64,000 nt of DNA from Buchnera aphidicola (Meitanaphis flavogallis) (GCA_039830035.1 CP140038.1:193397-257396), one strand, 5' to 3'. Counted from the stretch's first letter, positions 1-10,865 are shown. The notes: generated by a model from the sequence alone, not told the origin. Numbers and translations are program-made.

Positions 1-1985
1 CGTTTGAACTCACATAAATTAGTTTTTTTAACCATTCCTTGAGCAGTAGCCATAAAAATATTTATGCTATCTTTATATTTTGAAATAGGTAATATGGCTG
101 TTATTCTTTCTTTGGTACTAAGAGGTAAAAGATTAACTATTGGACGTCCGCGAGCATTTCTACTAGCTTCGGGTAATTGATAAACTTTCATCCAATATAT
201 TATTCCTCGGCTAGAAAAACATAATATTGTGTCATGTGTATTAGCTACAAGTAAATTTTCTATAAAATCTTCTTCTTTTGTTTTTGCTGCTGATTTTCCT
301 TTTCCTCCTCTTTTTTGCGCTTCATAAGTAGATAATGGTTGATATTTTACATATCCTGAATGTGATAGAGTAACTACTACATCTTCTCGATTTATCATAT
401 CGGAAATATTGATGTCTTCATAATTTGTAATGATTTGAGTTTTTCTTTTATCTCCAAAACTCTGTTTAACATTTATTAGTTCTTCTTTCATAACGTTAGT
501 AAGCGTTTGGGTATCTTGTAAGATATTTTCTAACATTATACAGGATTCCTTAAATTTTTTATGTTCTGCGATAAGTTTAGAAGATTCTAAATTAGTGAGT
601 TTTTGAAGACGTAGTTCTAGTACTGCATTTACTTGAATGGGAGTAAAAAATAAAGTTTTATCTTTATTGTATTGAGTTTGCATTGAGTATTTTTTTAAAG
701 TATTATTTAGTTCATTGGTTTTTTTAAAACTTTTTGAGTACCAATTTTTTTCAAGTAACAGCTTTTTTGCTTCTGCCAACGATTTTGCGTTTTTAATTAA
801 TGCAATAATTATGTCAATATTTTCTAAAGAGATAATTAATCCTTCAATAACGTGTATTTTATTTTTAATATTTTTTAATTCAAATAAACTACGTCTAGTT
901 ATTATTTTTTTTCGATGAGTTATAAACTCGTTTAAAATATCTTTTAACGACATTATTTTTGGTTGTCCGTTAGACAATGCAACCATGTTAATACCAAAAG
1001 AAACTTGTAATTGAGTTAAAATGTATAATTGATTAAGAATAATTTCTGGTTTTGCTTCTTTCTTTGTATCAATAACTATTCTCATTCCTTCTTTATCTGA
1101 TTCATCACGTAAACCGCTAATACCTTCAATTCTTTTGTCTTTTACTAATTCAGCAATTTTTTCAATTACGCGTGATTTATTTACTTGATATGGTAATTCA
1201 AAAATAATTAGGGATTCTTTTTTCGTTTTTTCTTGAATTTCTATTTTACTTTTGGCTCTGATATGAATTTTACCTCTTCCTGTTTGATATGCTTCTGTAA
1301 TACCTGTACATCCATTAATTATACCTGCGGTAGGAAAATCAGGTCCTGGAATATGTTTCATGAGTTCTTGTAAAGTAATTTGATTATTATCTATAAAAGC
1401 AAGACAACCATTTATTATTTCTGTGATGTTATGAGGAGGAATATTAGTAGCCATACCAACCGCAATACCAGATGAACCATTAATAAGTAAATTAGGTATT
1501 TTTGTAGGAAGTACTTCAGGAATTTTTTCTGTTCCATCATAATTAGGAAAAAATTTTACTGTTTCTTTATCTAAATCACTTAACAATTCATATGCAATTT
1601 TAGACATCCTAATTTCAGTGTATCTCATTGCTGCTGCAGAATCCCCGTCTATTGATCCAAAATTCCCTTGTCCATCAATAAGTGTATATCGCAATGAAAA
1701 AGATTGAGCCATTCGAACTATAGCATCATATACAGCAGTATCTCCATGTGGATGGTATTTTCCAATAACATCACCTACTATTCTAGCTGACTTTTTGTAT
1801 AGTTTATTCCAATTATTACTTAATGTATTCATGGCGAATAATATTCTTCTATGAACAGGTTTTAATCCGTCCCTTACGTCTGGTAAAGCACGTCCGATAA
1901 TAACTGACATAGCATAATCTAAATAAGAATTTTTAAGTTCATCTTCAATGTTGATTTTTATAATTTCTTTTGCAATTTTTTTCAT
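1..1985 (-). CDS. gyrA: DNA gyrase subunit A, N-terminal ~660 codons (3' end lies beyond the window start)
   Basis: Absent from the ORF track because it runs off the window edge. My minus-strand translation from the ATG at 1985-1983 gives [52 protein letters not shown], and later [14 protein letters not shown] (active-site Tyr region). The frame stays open down to position 1. Confidence 0.95.
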   Translation of the reverse strand, partial: MKKIAKEIIKINIEDELKNSYLDYAMSVIIGRALPDVRDGLKPVHRRILFAMNTLSNNWNKLYKKSARIVGDVIGKYHPHGDTAVYDAIVRMAQSFSLRYTLIDGQGNFGSIDGDSAAAMRYTEIRMSKIAYELLSDLDKETVKFFPNYDGTEKIPEVLPTKIPNLLINGSSGIAVGMATNIPPHNITEIINGCLAFIDNNQITLQELMKHIPGPDFPTAGIINGCTGITEAYQTGRGKIHIRAKSKIEIQEKTKKESLIIFELPYQVNKSRVIEKIAELVKDKRIEGISGLRDESDKEGMRIVIDTKKEAKPEIILNQLYILTQLQVSFGINMVALSNGQPKIMSLKDILNEFITHRKKIITRRSLFELKNIKNKIHVIEGLIISLENIDIIIALIKNAKSLAEAKKLLLEKNWYSKSFKKTNELNNTLKKYSMQTQYNKDKTLFFTPIQVNAVLELRLQKLTNLESSKLIAEHKKFKESCIMLENILQDTQTLTNVMKEELINVKQSFGDKRKTQIITNYEDINISDMINREDVVVTLSHSGYVKYQPLSTYEAQKRGGKGKSAAKTKEEDFIENLLVANTHDTILCFSSRGIIYWMKVYQLPEASRNARGRPIVNLLPLSTKERITAILPISKYKDSINIFMATAQGMVKKTNLCEFK

Positions 1986-2416
1986 GATTATATTTATCTT
2001 TGTAATAATGTTTAGGGTAGTAATATTATCACAATAGAAAATTTGATTAATACAAAAATATTATTTTATAAAATTATCAAATTTCTAAGGTTTTGAGAAA
2101 AATATTATTTTTGTTGTTTTGATTATTGAGGAATATGAGTAATATAATAATATTTAAAGGATAAACAATGATCTAAAAAATTTATAATCTATGATAAGTA
2201 ATATATATAGAATATACATTATATTTTTTATGATGATTAGTATCATTTTATATAAATATTATTTTTATATATTTTTTAAAAAAACATTTTAAATATAGAT
2301 TGAAATTGATATAAAATATTGTTTTACGATATCATATGATGTATTCTTTTGTTTAGTAGTATTGTATTAAGTTATGACAACAATGTTATTTTATAATGTA
2401 ATATCACGAGGTTTAT

Positions 2417-3145
2417 ATGAATACTGATGAAAAAAAATTAATAGAAGATTTGTTTTTTCGATTACATCAAACTGAGATTCAATCTCCTAATCGAGATAAT
2501 ATTGCTGAAGAGCTAATTAAAAATTTATTAGAAAAGTATCCAAATTCTCCTTACTATATGGCGCAAACCATATTAGTTCAAGAAACAGCAATAAAGAAAT
2601 TGAATGATAAAGTTTCTGAACTAGAAAGTCATGTTCTTAAAGATAAGAAAGATAAAAAAAATGTATCTATTGGTTTTTTATCAAATTTGTTTGGGACAAA
2701 AAAAAATCAAAGTGTTTCAGAAACATATTCTAATAGTTCTATTAATCCATTACATAATAGAGCTTTTGATTCTAATACTAGTCCTTTTTCTTCACAAACT
2801 CGTTCTGGCACTTTGTCTCAAATAGGAGCTGCTAATAATACAGGAGGATTTTTTAGTGGAGCACTTCAAACTGCTACAGGAGTAGCTGGTGGTGTAGTGA
2901 TGGCGAATATGTTAACGAATCTTTTTCAGAATAAAAAATCTGAAGAAGAGGTAATAAATTCAGCTCATAACGTTGATTCTTCTCATGTAGAATCTAACTC
3001 TATAGATAATGATCCTGCGCATAATCAGTATATTAACTATGATAGAACGAATTCAGACAATCATGTTGAAGAATGTCATCCGTTGAATTGTGATGTTCAT
3101 GATGATAATGATTATGACAATTTTGAAGATGATAATTTTATTTAA
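2417..3145 (+). CDS. DUF2076-family protein of unknown function (COG3416-like)
   Basis: 242 aa ORF with GAGG 8 nt upstream of the ATG. The N-terminus (EKKLIEDLFFRL...SPYYMAQTILVQETAIKKLNDKVSELE) and the Gly-rich segment (GGFFSGALQTATGVAGGVVMANML) match the DUF2076 pattern as I remember it. The C-terminal tail is acidic and rich in His and Cys. Confidence 0.75.
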   Translation: MNTDEKKLIEDLFFRLHQTEIQSPNRDNIAEELIKNLLEKYPNSPYYMAQTILVQETAIKKLNDKVSELESHVLKDKKDKKNVSIGFLSNLFGTKKNQSVSETYSNSSINPLHNRAFDSNTSPFSSQTRSGTLSQIGAANNTGGFFSGALQTATGVAGGVVMANMLTNLFQNKKSEEEVINSAHNVDSSHVESNSIDNDPAHNQYINYDRTNSDNHVEECHPLNCDVHDDNDYDNFEDDNFI

Positions 3146-3192
3146 ATATTTTATATATTCATGTTTATAAATGTTTTATAAAAAATGCATAA

Positions 3193-3223
3193 AACCAGCA
3201 ACGAACTTATTTTTCTGCTGGTT
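3193..3223. terminator. Hairpin terminator between the convergent DUF2076 gene and ahpC
   Basis: The stem aaccagca/tgctggtt is 8 bp, with an inner gaa/ttc extension. On the minus strand it is followed by TTTTATGCATTTTT. It lies 56 nt downstream of the ahpC stop. Confidence 0.6.
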
Positions 3224-3278
3224 CATGTAAATAATTATGTTAGTTTATAAATAAAGGTTATTTAATATTTTTATTATT

Positions 3279-3878
3279 TTATTTTTCACCATATGTATTT
3301 TTTAAATATTGTTTTACTCCATCTGAAGTAGGTTTCATTCCGTGATTTCCTGGTATCCAATTGGCTGGACAAACTTCTCCATACGTTTCGTTAAAATTTA
3401 GTGCATCTATCATTCTTATCATATCTGAAATGTTTCTTCCAAATGGTAAATCATTTATTACTTGATGACGAACTATTCCTTTTTTATCAATGAGAAAAGA
3501 TGCTCTTAGTGCTACACCTAATTTTGGATGTTCAACATTGTATAATTTTTGTATTTCTCTTTTTATGTCAGATATTATTATATATTTTATTTGTCCGATA
3601 CCACCTTGGTTGCGACTAGTTTGACGCCAAGCTTTATGTACATATATTGAATCAATAGATACTCCTATAACTTCCGTATCTCTTTGTGTAAATTCAGAAA
3701 GAGACTTGTCGAATGCTATAATTTCTGAAGGGCATACAAATGTAAAATCCATTGGCCAAAAAAATAGTACTGTAGTTTTTTCATTAATGTGGTTTTTAAA
3801 ATTAAAGCAATCTACAATGTCATTGTTATGTAAAATAGCAGGTGCAGTAAAATCGGGTGCTTGATGTGTTACTAACAT
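3279..3878 (-). CDS. ahpC: Peroxiredoxin (2-Cys AhpC/Tsa family)
   Basis: 199 aa ORF. It has the FFWPMDFTFVCPSEI peroxidatic Cys motif and a C-terminal EVCPANW resolving Cys. Confidence 0.93.
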   Translation of the reverse strand: MLVTHQAPDFTAPAILHNNDIVDCFNFKNHINEKTTVLFFWPMDFTFVCPSEIIAFDKSLSEFTQRDTEVIGVSIDSIYVHKAWRQTSRNQGGIGQIKYIIISDIKREIQKLYNVEHPKLGVALRASFLIDKKGIVRHQVINDLPFGRNISDMIRMIDALNFNETYGEVCPANWIPGNHGMKPTSDGVKQYLKNTYGEK

Positions 3879-4099
3879 ATTTATTTCCTTGATTGAGTGA
3901 TATACTTTATAAAATATAAATTATTTTATTTTAAAAATATTACGCGTTTTACAAAATAGTTTTAAATAATTTTCAATTTTTTAATTTTATGTTTTATTTT
4001 AAATGTTTTTAGATGAATGAAATAGTATAATATAGAAATACAGTGCATAATGTTATTATTATAGTAATGATATTTTTAAAATTGAAGTTTTGATATTTT

Positions 4100-4767
4100 A
4101 TGAGTAATTGTATCATGAATTGGAAAGATGTATTAAAAGAAGAAAAAAAAAATTATATTTTATTAGTATTATTAAAAATCTTGCTAATATCAGACAAACT
4201 AAAATAGTATATCCTCCTAAACATGAGGTATTTAATGCTTTTTCATTAACAAATTTTTCTAATATAAAAGTAGTTATTATTGGTCAAGATCCATATTTTA
4301 AAAAAGGTCAAGCGAATGGATTAGCGTTTTCTGTGCAAAAAAATGTTAAAATTCCTCCCTCTTTAGTTAACATACGAAAAGAATTAGTTAATGATATAGG
4401 TAAAAATTTTTTATTTCAAAGTGGATGTCTTAAAAATTGGGCTCGTCAAGGTGTATTTTTATTAAATTCTGTTTTAACAGTAGAATCAAATAAACCCGGT
4501 TCTCATTTTAAATTAGGATGGGAAAATTTTACTAATAAAGTTATAAAAATTATTAGCGATTATCATACAGGAGTTATTTTTTTGTTATGGGGATCATATG
4601 CTAAAAAAAAAATAGCACATATTTGTATTCGCAAACATCATATTTTATTGGCATCGCATCCATCACCGTTATCATCTTATCACGGTTTTTTTGGATGCCG
4701 CCATTTTTCAAAGACAAATTTTTTATTAAAAAAACAGAATAAAACTCCAATTAATTGGTTTATATGA
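4100..4767 (+). CDS. ung: Uracil-DNA glycosylase, with the frame broken at an A10 tract near the 5' end
   Basis: The track ORF 4108-4767 carries GQDPYFKKGQANGLAFSV and HPSPLS motifs. The conserved Ung N-terminus (MSNCIMNWKDVLKEEKK, compare E. coli MANELTWHDVLAEEKQ) is in a different frame, starting at ATG 4100. The two frames meet at A10 (4143-4152). Confidence 0.85.
4143..4152 (+). repeat. A10 homopolymer at the ung frameshift site
   Basis: Counted directly: gaag + 10 a + ttatat. One extra A (or two fewer) joins the frames to read EEKKKLYFISII. Confidence 0.9.
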
Positions 4768-4854
4768 CTAATTTTATGTTATGCATCATAATATGATGTT
4801 ATATGCGTCATGTATTTTTAAAAATATAACATTTTTATTGTAATTTTTGTTATT

Positions 4855-5424
4855 TTAAATATTGTTTTTTCTTTTTTTTATTTTTACTATGGCTTTTCGT
4901 ATGATCTCTCCTTGACATATATAACCGTCTTTAATGACTGATGAAACATAATAAGTATGAATATCATCTAATTTTTCATTGGATTCAGTTTGATGTAATG
5001 ATGCATTAAATTTTATATTTTTTTGATTTTCTATAGTTAAATTAAATTTTTGAATTGTATCCAATAGTAATTTTAGTGTTAATGTGATTCCTTCTATTAT
5101 TTTATTATGTTTAATATTAAGTTTATATGCAGTATTTTTTATGTTTTTTAAATTATCTAATATGGGAATAAAATTAATGCAAAAATATTGAAATTGCATT
5201 TTTTTTATTTTTTTTATCTTATTGTAAGTATTTTTTTTTATGTTTTCGATTTCAGCTTGTTCTCGTAATTTAATATTTATAATGTTTTTTTTAATGTTAA
5301 GTATTTTTTCGTTCAATTTATTTTCATCTTCAATAGTATTATTTCTATTGTCATTAGCTTCTTTTTTTTTGATATCTATATTATTATTTTTTGTAAAATC
5401 TAAATCTTTATTTTTATTATTCAT
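4855..5424 (-). CDS. grpE: Nucleotide exchange factor GrpE
   Basis: 189 aa ORF. A Lys/Asn-rich N-terminus is followed by a GrpE-like core (ILDNLKNI...EGITLTLKLLLDTIQKF...VIKDGYICQGEIIRKAIV). Confidence 0.9.
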   Translation of the reverse strand: MNNKNKDLDFTKNNNIDIKKKEANDNRNNTIEDENKLNEKILNIKKNIINIKLREQAEIENIKKNTYNKIKKIKKMQFQYFCINFIPILDNLKNIKNTAYKLNIKHNKIIEGITLTLKLLLDTIQKFNLTIENQKNIKFNASLHQTESNEKLDDIHTYYVSSVIKDGYICQGEIIRKAIVKIKKRKNNI

Positions 5425-5468
5425 AAAATTTTTCTCTGCATTTGTTTGAAATATTCCATACTTGTTAA

Positions 5469-5496
5469 GTATGGAGAATCATAATAAATTATTCAA
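5469..5496 (-). promoter_or_regulatory. Candidate sigma-32 (heat-shock) promoter for grpE
   Basis: The minus strand reads gTTGAAT, then 14 nt, then CTCCATAC (consensus CTTGAAA-N13-17-CCCCATnT). It lies about 45-70 nt upstream of the grpE ATG. An 8 bp inverted repeat (5456-5474) overlaps the -10 element. Confidence 0.35.
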
Positions 5497-5547
5497 CATT
5501 ATGTATTAAATAATAATTTATAATTGCATTATAAAGGAACCCATTTC

Positions 5548-6417
5548 GTGAAACAATTTTTTTATTGTATTGGAATAGTAGGTTATCCTCGTCATTTTAG
5601 TGCGTTATCTACACACAAGATGCTATATAATTGGTTAAAAAAAAAAGAATATCATGTTATTGTTGAAGATAAAGTAGCTAATAAATTGGGTTTAGAAGGA
5701 ATAGATGCAGATTCATTACCTAACATTGGTAAACAGTGCGATTTAGTAATAGTGGTAGGCGGAGATGGAAACATGTTGCATGCAGCTCGTATATTGTCTG
5801 CTTATAAAATAAAAATTATTGGTATTAATAGAGGAAATTTGGGTTTTTTAACTGATTTAAATCCTAATACTGCATTAAAGCAGTTGTTATGCGTACTTTC
5901 TGGAGAATATATTCAAGAACGTCGTTTTTTATTAGAAGTAAAAATTATTAAAAAAAATGGATTGTTTTCGATAAGTAAAGCTATTAATGAGATAGTATTG
6001 CATGCTGAGCATGTAGCTCGTATGATAAATTTTGAAGTATATATTAATAATGACTTAGCTTTCTCTCAACGTTCTGATGGTTTAATTATTTCAACTCCTA
6101 CAGGATCTACTGGGTATTCATTGTCGGCTGGGGGTCCTATTTTGGTTGCTTCATTGGATGCAATCGTGTTAGTTCCTATGTTTCCTCATACTTTGTCTTC
6201 TCGTCCTTTAGTAATAAATAATACCAGTACAGTTTGTTTAAAATTTATGGAAACTATATCAGAATTAAGAATTAGTTGTGATAGTCAAATAGTTTTATCA
6301 GTAGAAGAACACGACGTTGTTTTGGTTCAAAAAAGCAATGATTTTTTATTTTTAATACATCCTAAAAATTACAGTTATTTCGAAACCTTAAGTTCTAAGC
6401 TACATTGGTCTAGATAA
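5548..6417 (+). CDS. nadK: NAD kinase
   Basis: Carries the [11 protein letters not shown] motif, and its N-terminus [10 protein letters not shown] aligns with E. coli NadK. The track ORF starts at TTG 5524. I prefer GTG 5548 ([12 protein letters not shown]) because AAGGA lies about 9 nt upstream. Confidence 0.9.
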   Translation: MKQFFYCIGIVGYPRHFSALSTHKMLYNWLKKKEYHVIVEDKVANKLGLEGIDADSLPNIGKQCDLVIVVGGDGNMLHAARILSAYKIKIIGINRGNLGFLTDLNPNTALKQLLCVLSGEYIQERRFLLEVKIIKKNGLFSISKAINEIVLHAEHVARMINFEVYINNDLAFSQRSDGLIISTPTGSTGYSLSAGGPILVASLDAIVLVPMFPHTLSSRPLVINNTSTVCLKFMETISELRISCDSQIVLSVEEHDVVLVQKSNDFLFLIHPKNYSYFETLSSKLHWSR

Positions 6418-6587
6418 TAGTAATCAATATATAAATGTTTTTTAGTGTGAGTGATAAAATTATTCTTTAGAAGAACATAGTATTTTACGTAGTAAATACA
6501 TACATAAAAACTTAAATACACATTATTAATGTTTGATCGAATAATATGAATTTTTTTTGCATTTAAGATGGGATATTTTAGTATATA

Positions 6588-6944
6588 TGGAGCTGGCGGG
6601 ATTCGAACCCGCGTCCAAAATTTTTACGACTTCAGTACTACATGCTTAGTCTATTATATTTAATTAATCTATAAACGTATAGACACATTATAAATTTTTT
6701 CTTATTATATTTTTTTTTAACGACTAAAATTTATAAGTATAATTTTAATACGCGATCTCTTATTTTTTGATCCTGTTTTCTTTTTAAGAGAAAAAAGAAT
6801 CAGGAAGCTTTAGTTTAACTTATTAAGCTGCTAAAGCGTAGTTGTTATTTTTTGCTACTATATTTTACGGCTTTTATCGAGGCAAACCGTTCCTCGGCAT
6901 GCACTTTAGTTTTCAATAATTTTGTCGAATCCAAAATCAGCCCC
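6588..6944 (-). ncRNA. ssrA: tmRNA (SsrA), one-piece
   Basis: The minus-strand 5' end is GGGGCTGATTTTGGATTCGAC...GTGCATGCCGAGG. The 3' end is GGACGCGGGTTCGAATCCCGCCAGCTCCA. The tag reading frame GCA AAA AAT AAC AAC TAC GCT TTA GCA GCT TAA TAA encodes AKNNNYALAA. Confidence 0.95.
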
Positions 6945-7068
6945 TTTTATTAATTGTATAATAAAAAACAATTATAATCTAGCAATAAATTGTATAAGAA
7001 TTTATGTATAATTTATAAGTTATACAACTTTTAATAATAATTTTAAAATTTATGTAGGAAAAATTAAC

Positions 7069-7416
7069 GTGAGTACTATTAATGTAATTAAAGATCAAAT
7101 TAAAAAAAATCCTGTATTAATCTATATGAAAGGATCACCTGATTCACCTAGTTGTGGTTTTTCTGCTCAAGCTGTTCAAGCATTGTTATCATGTGGTAAA
7201 AAATTTGCATATGTTGATATTCTTGAATACCCAGATATTCGTATTGAGTTGCCAAAGTATGCTAATTGGCCAACTTTTCCGCAATTGTGGATAAATGGAA
7301 ATCTTATAGGAGGTTGCAATATTATTCTAGAGTTGTTTGAAACTGGTAAATTACAAAATTTGGTCACAAAGGCTTTTGACAACATTGCAGTGCCTAATAA
7401 TATATCTAAAGCTTAG
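7069..7416 (+). CDS. grxD: Monothiol glutaredoxin Grx4 family
   Basis: 115 aa ORF with a GTG start. It has the CGFS active site (GSPDSPSCGFS) and WPTFPQLWINGNLIGG. Confidence 0.93.
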   Translation: MSTINVIKDQIKKNPVLIYMKGSPDSPSCGFSAQAVQALLSCGKKFAYVDILEYPDIRIELPKYANWPTFPQLWINGNLIGGCNIILELFETGKLQNLVTKAFDNIAVPNNISKA

Positions 7417-7490
7417 TTTTTGAAATTTTTAAAAGTATTTATATGAGAAATAGTTAAATAATGATTTAATATTTTTAAATAAAATATATG

Positions 7491-8132
7491 TTATCGTTCA
7501 TTATTGGGTGGCCATCCACCCAATTTTTTCCAACGATTAACTATTTCACAAAAGAGGTTAGCTGTTTTTTTTGCGTCGTATATAGCTGAATGTGCTTGGT
7601 TATTGTCAAAGTTTAATCCGATAGCTTTACATGCTTTTGCTAGGACCGTTTGTCCTACAGCTAGACCGCTTAATGTAGCTGTATCGAAAACGGAAAATAA
7701 ATGAAATGGATTATTTTTTATGTTATTTCTTTCAATAGCAGCCATAAGAAAGCTATAATCAAATATTGCATTGTGAGCAACAATAATACCTTTTTTGCAC
7801 TTATTTTTTTTAATTCCTAAGTTAATTAATTGAAACATAGAATTTAACGCTTTATGCTCATTAATAGCATTGCGTAGTGGATTAAATGGATCAATTTTAT
7901 TGAATGCAATGGCGTTAGGATCAATTATTGATCCTATAAAAGGTTTGATATGATAGTGTAAAAAGTGCTCTTGTTTTATCAATCCTGATGAATTCATTTT
8001 TAATGTAATGGCAGCAATTTCTAATAATGCATTAGTTTTTGAGTTAAATCCAGAAGTTTCAATATCTATGATTACAGGATAAAAAGTTCTAAAGCGTTTA
8101 TTTAAAGAATTTTGTTGTTTAATTTTGTACAT
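7491..8132 (-). CDS. rnt: Ribonuclease T
   Basis: 213 aa ORF with DEDDh exonuclease motifs ([34 protein letters not shown]). Confidence 0.92.
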   Translation of the reverse strand: MYKIKQQNSLNKRFRTFYPVIIDIETSGFNSKTNALLEIAAITLKMNSSGLIKQEHFLHYHIKPFIGSIIDPNAIAFNKIDPFNPLRNAINEHKALNSMFQLINLGIKKNKCKKGIIVAHNAIFDYSFLMAAIERNNIKNNPFHLFSVFDTATLSGLAVGQTVLAKACKAIGLNFDNNQAHSAIYDAKKTANLFCEIVNRWKKLGGWPPNNER

Positions 8133-8355
8133 TAGATGTCCAGTTTATATTAAAATTTATTTAATTCTTTTCTTGTTTACTGTATAATATCAATTTAAGA
8201 ACGTTTTTATGAAAATAATTAGATAATATAATTTATAACTTTTAATACTATATGAATTGATATAAGATTGTATTTTTTTTTGCAATAACGTCTTAAGTTT
8301 TTTAAAAAATGCGACTGTGATCAAATAATATATTAAGATTTGTAGGATTATCAAA

Positions 8356-8967
8356 ATGAAATATACTTTACCTGTTTTGCCTTATTCTTATAATAGTTTA
8401 GAACCGTATTTAGATGAAAAAACGATGAGAATTCATCATATTAAACATCATCAAGCATATATTAATAATACAAATGATATGCTACATAATAGTAGTTTCA
8501 TAAATTTATCTATTGATACTTTAATTTCTCAATTAGATGTTATAGATGTTAGTAATAAAATAAAGTTACAAAATAATGCTGGTGGACATGCAAATCATAG
8601 TTTATTTTGGACTATTTTAAAACTTGGAACGGTTTTAGAAGGTGATTTAAAAATTGCTATTGAAGATAATTTTGGTTCTATAACCAATTTTAAAGAAGAG
8701 TTTGAAAGAATAGCTGTTAATCATTTCGGTTCTGGTTGGGTTTGGTTAGTAAAAAACAATAAAGAATTATCTATTGTTTCTACTGTTAATCAAAATAGTC
8801 CATTAATGGGACAAAATATATCAGGAGTGTCAGGATTTCCTATCTTATGTTTAGATATTTGGGAACATGCTTATTATTTAAAATATCAAAATAGACGCAT
8901 GGATTATATACGTGCTTTTTGGAACGTAATAAATTGGAATGAAGTGAGTAAGAGATTTAATAGATAA
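8356..8967 (+). CDS. sodA: Superoxide dismutase (Mn type)
   Basis: 203 aa ORF with [27 protein letters not shown] and DIWEHAYYL motifs. Confidence 0.94.
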   Translation: MKYTLPVLPYSYNSLEPYLDEKTMRIHHIKHHQAYINNTNDMLHNSSFINLSIDTLISQLDVIDVSNKIKLQNNAGGHANHSLFWTILKLGTVLEGDLKIAIEDNFGSITNFKEEFERIAVNHFGSGWVWLVKNNKELSIVSTVNQNSPLMGQNISGVSGFPILCLDIWEHAYYLKYQNRRMDYIRAFWNVINWNEVSKRFNR

Positions 8968-9107
8968 TTGAAACTTAATTTTTTTAACAAGATTTTTCTA
9001 TATAGCTGTATGTATAAACATTTTCATATATTAGTATTTTGAGTATAAATTTTCAAATATAATCAAAATTATTTTATTAAATCGTCTTCTAATTATAATA
9101 TCATGAG

Positions 9108-9698
9108 ATGAATTTGACAAATATTAAATTGATAGTTGGATTAGCTAATCCAATCGTCGTATATGATAAAACTAGGCATAATGTAGGTTCTTGGTTTATT
9201 CAGACCTTAGCTCGTCATCATAATCAAACTCTAAAAGAAGATAAAAAGTTGTTGGGATATACTGGATCTTTTTTTTGTGTTGATTTTAAAGTACGTTTAT
9301 TTATACCCAATGTGTTTATGAATTTAAGTGGAAAGTCTATTTTTATTATTTCTAGGTTTTATCGTATTGCATTAGATGAAATTTTGATTATTCATGATGA
9401 ATTAGATTTAAACCCTGGATGTATTAAATTAAAGTTTGGTTGCGGGCATAATGGCCATAATGGAATAAGAAATATTATTAACGTATGGACAAAAAAAAAC
9501 AATTTTTTAAGAATGCAAATTGGAATTGGTCGTCCTGAAAAAAAGAAAACAGTAGCTGATTTTGTTTTATCTCCGCCCACATTAGAAGAAAAACGTTTAA
9601 TTGAGAAGTCTATATTTCATGCAATATATGCTACTAATTTGTTAATACAAGAAAAAAATGTAAAAATAGCACAAGAGATATTAAAAAATAAGTGTTAA
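9108..9698 (+). CDS. pth: Peptidyl-tRNA hydrolase
   Basis: 196 aa ORF with KLIVGLANP...TRHNVGSW and HDELDL motifs. Confidence 0.92.
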   Translation: MNLTNIKLIVGLANPIVVYDKTRHNVGSWFIQTLARHHNQTLKEDKKLLGYTGSFFCVDFKVRLFIPNVFMNLSGKSIFIISRFYRIALDEILIIHDELDLNPGCIKLKFGCGHNGHNGIRNIINVWTKKNNFLRMQIGIGRPEKKKTVADFVLSPPTLEEKRLIEKSIFHAIYATNLLIQEKNVKIAQEILKNKC

Positions 9699-9776
9699 AT
9701 AAATTATTTCGAACATTTCGAGTACAAATTTTAAAATTTAACATTTTATTTTGAATATAGATAAGGTAAGTTTATT

Positions 9777-10865
9777 ATGAGTTTTAAATGTGGACTAGTA
9801 GGATTACCTAATGTTGGCAAATCAACTATATTTAATAATTTAACAAATTTAACAGTGTCAGCAGATAATTTTCCATTTTGTACCATTAAGCCTAATATTG
9901 GAATGATTTTGGTTTCTGATAGTCGTTTAAATGTTATTGCTAAGTTAGTTAATTCTAACCGTATTATTCCCACTCATATAGAGTTAGTAGATATAGCTGG
10001 ATTGGTAAAGGGTGCTTATAAGGGAGAAGGATTGGGTAATAAATTCTTAAATTATATTAGGCAAACAGATCTGGTTATTCATGTGGTACGTGGATTTAAA
10101 AATAATGAAATTGTCCATATACATGGTCAAGTAAACCCTATTGCAGATATTGAAATAATTAATTTAGAATTGATATTATCTGATCTTGAAATTTGTAAAA
10201 ATAGAATCAAGAAACTTAAAAAAAGTTATCTATTAAACAAAAATACTTTAAATGTGGAAATTGAAATATTATATCGTTGTTTGGATTTTTTAAAAAAAAA
10301 TAAATGTCTAAAATTATTGAATTTAACTCAGGAAGAAATAAACATAATTAGTTATTTAAAGTTTATTACGTTAAAACCAATGATTTATGTTGTTAACATG
10401 AGTATAAATACTAATAATAATGCATGTCTTGAAAAAGTTTATAAATTATCAAAACAAGATAATTCTAACGTATTGTTGGTTTATATGGATGTTATGAACA
10501 ATAATTTTATTCAAAATAATAAAAATAAAGTTTTAAGTAGTTGTAAATTAAATTTAGATGTATCAGGATTAAGTGCTATTTCTAGTTCTGGATACGCTTT
10601 ATTAAACTTAAAAACGTTTTTTACTGTTGGAAAAAAAGAAGTACGTGCATGGACTACTACAAGTGATATTGAAATTTATAAATCAGTAAAATGCATTCAT
10701 ACAGATTTAAGTAAAGGTTTTATTCGAGCTCAAGTTATTTCATATTCTGATTTTATTAAATATGGAGGAGAAAAAAATGTTAAAAAATTTGGAAAAGTTA
10801 GAATGGAAGGAAAAAATTACTATGTAAATGATGGAGATATTATCCATGTTCTATACAAAGTATAA
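9777..10865 (+). CDS. ychF: Ribosome-binding ATPase YchF
   Basis: 362 aa ORF with G1 motif GLVGLPNVGKSTIFN, DIAGLVKGA, and the C-terminal TGS-like FIRAQVISY. Confidence 0.93.
   Translation: MSFKCGLVGLPNVGKSTIFNNLTNLTVSADNFPFCTIKPNIGMILVSDSRLNVIAKLVNSNRIIPTHIELVDIAGLVKGAYKGEGLGNKFLNYIRQTDLVIHVVRGFKNNEIVHIHGQVNPIADIEIINLELILSDLEICKNRIKKLKKSYLLNKNTLNVEIEILYRCLDFLKKNKCLKLLNLTQEEINIISYLKFITLKPMIYVVNMSINTNNNACLEKVYKLSKQDNSNVLLVYMDVMNNNFIQNNKNKVLSSCKLNLDVSGLSAISSSGYALLNLKTFFTVGKKEVRAWTTTSDIEIYKSVKCIHTDLSKGFIRAQVISYSDFIKYGGEKNVKKFGKVRMEGKNYYVNDGDIIHVLYKV

Noticed and set aside
715-918. A 67 aa plus-strand ORF inside the gyrA region, and the alternative-frame ORF 2631-2825 inside the DUF2076 gene.
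   Set aside because: Both overlap a clearly coding frame (gyrA on the opposite strand, the DUF2076 gene on the same strand). Their composition is typical of spurious AT-rich ORFs.
6588-6625. A tRNA-like GGTTCGAATCC T-loop and acceptor sequence that might indicate a tRNA gene.
   Set aside because: It is the tRNA-like domain of the tmRNA. The matching 5' acceptor half is 350 nt away at 6938-6944, and there is no anticodon arm.
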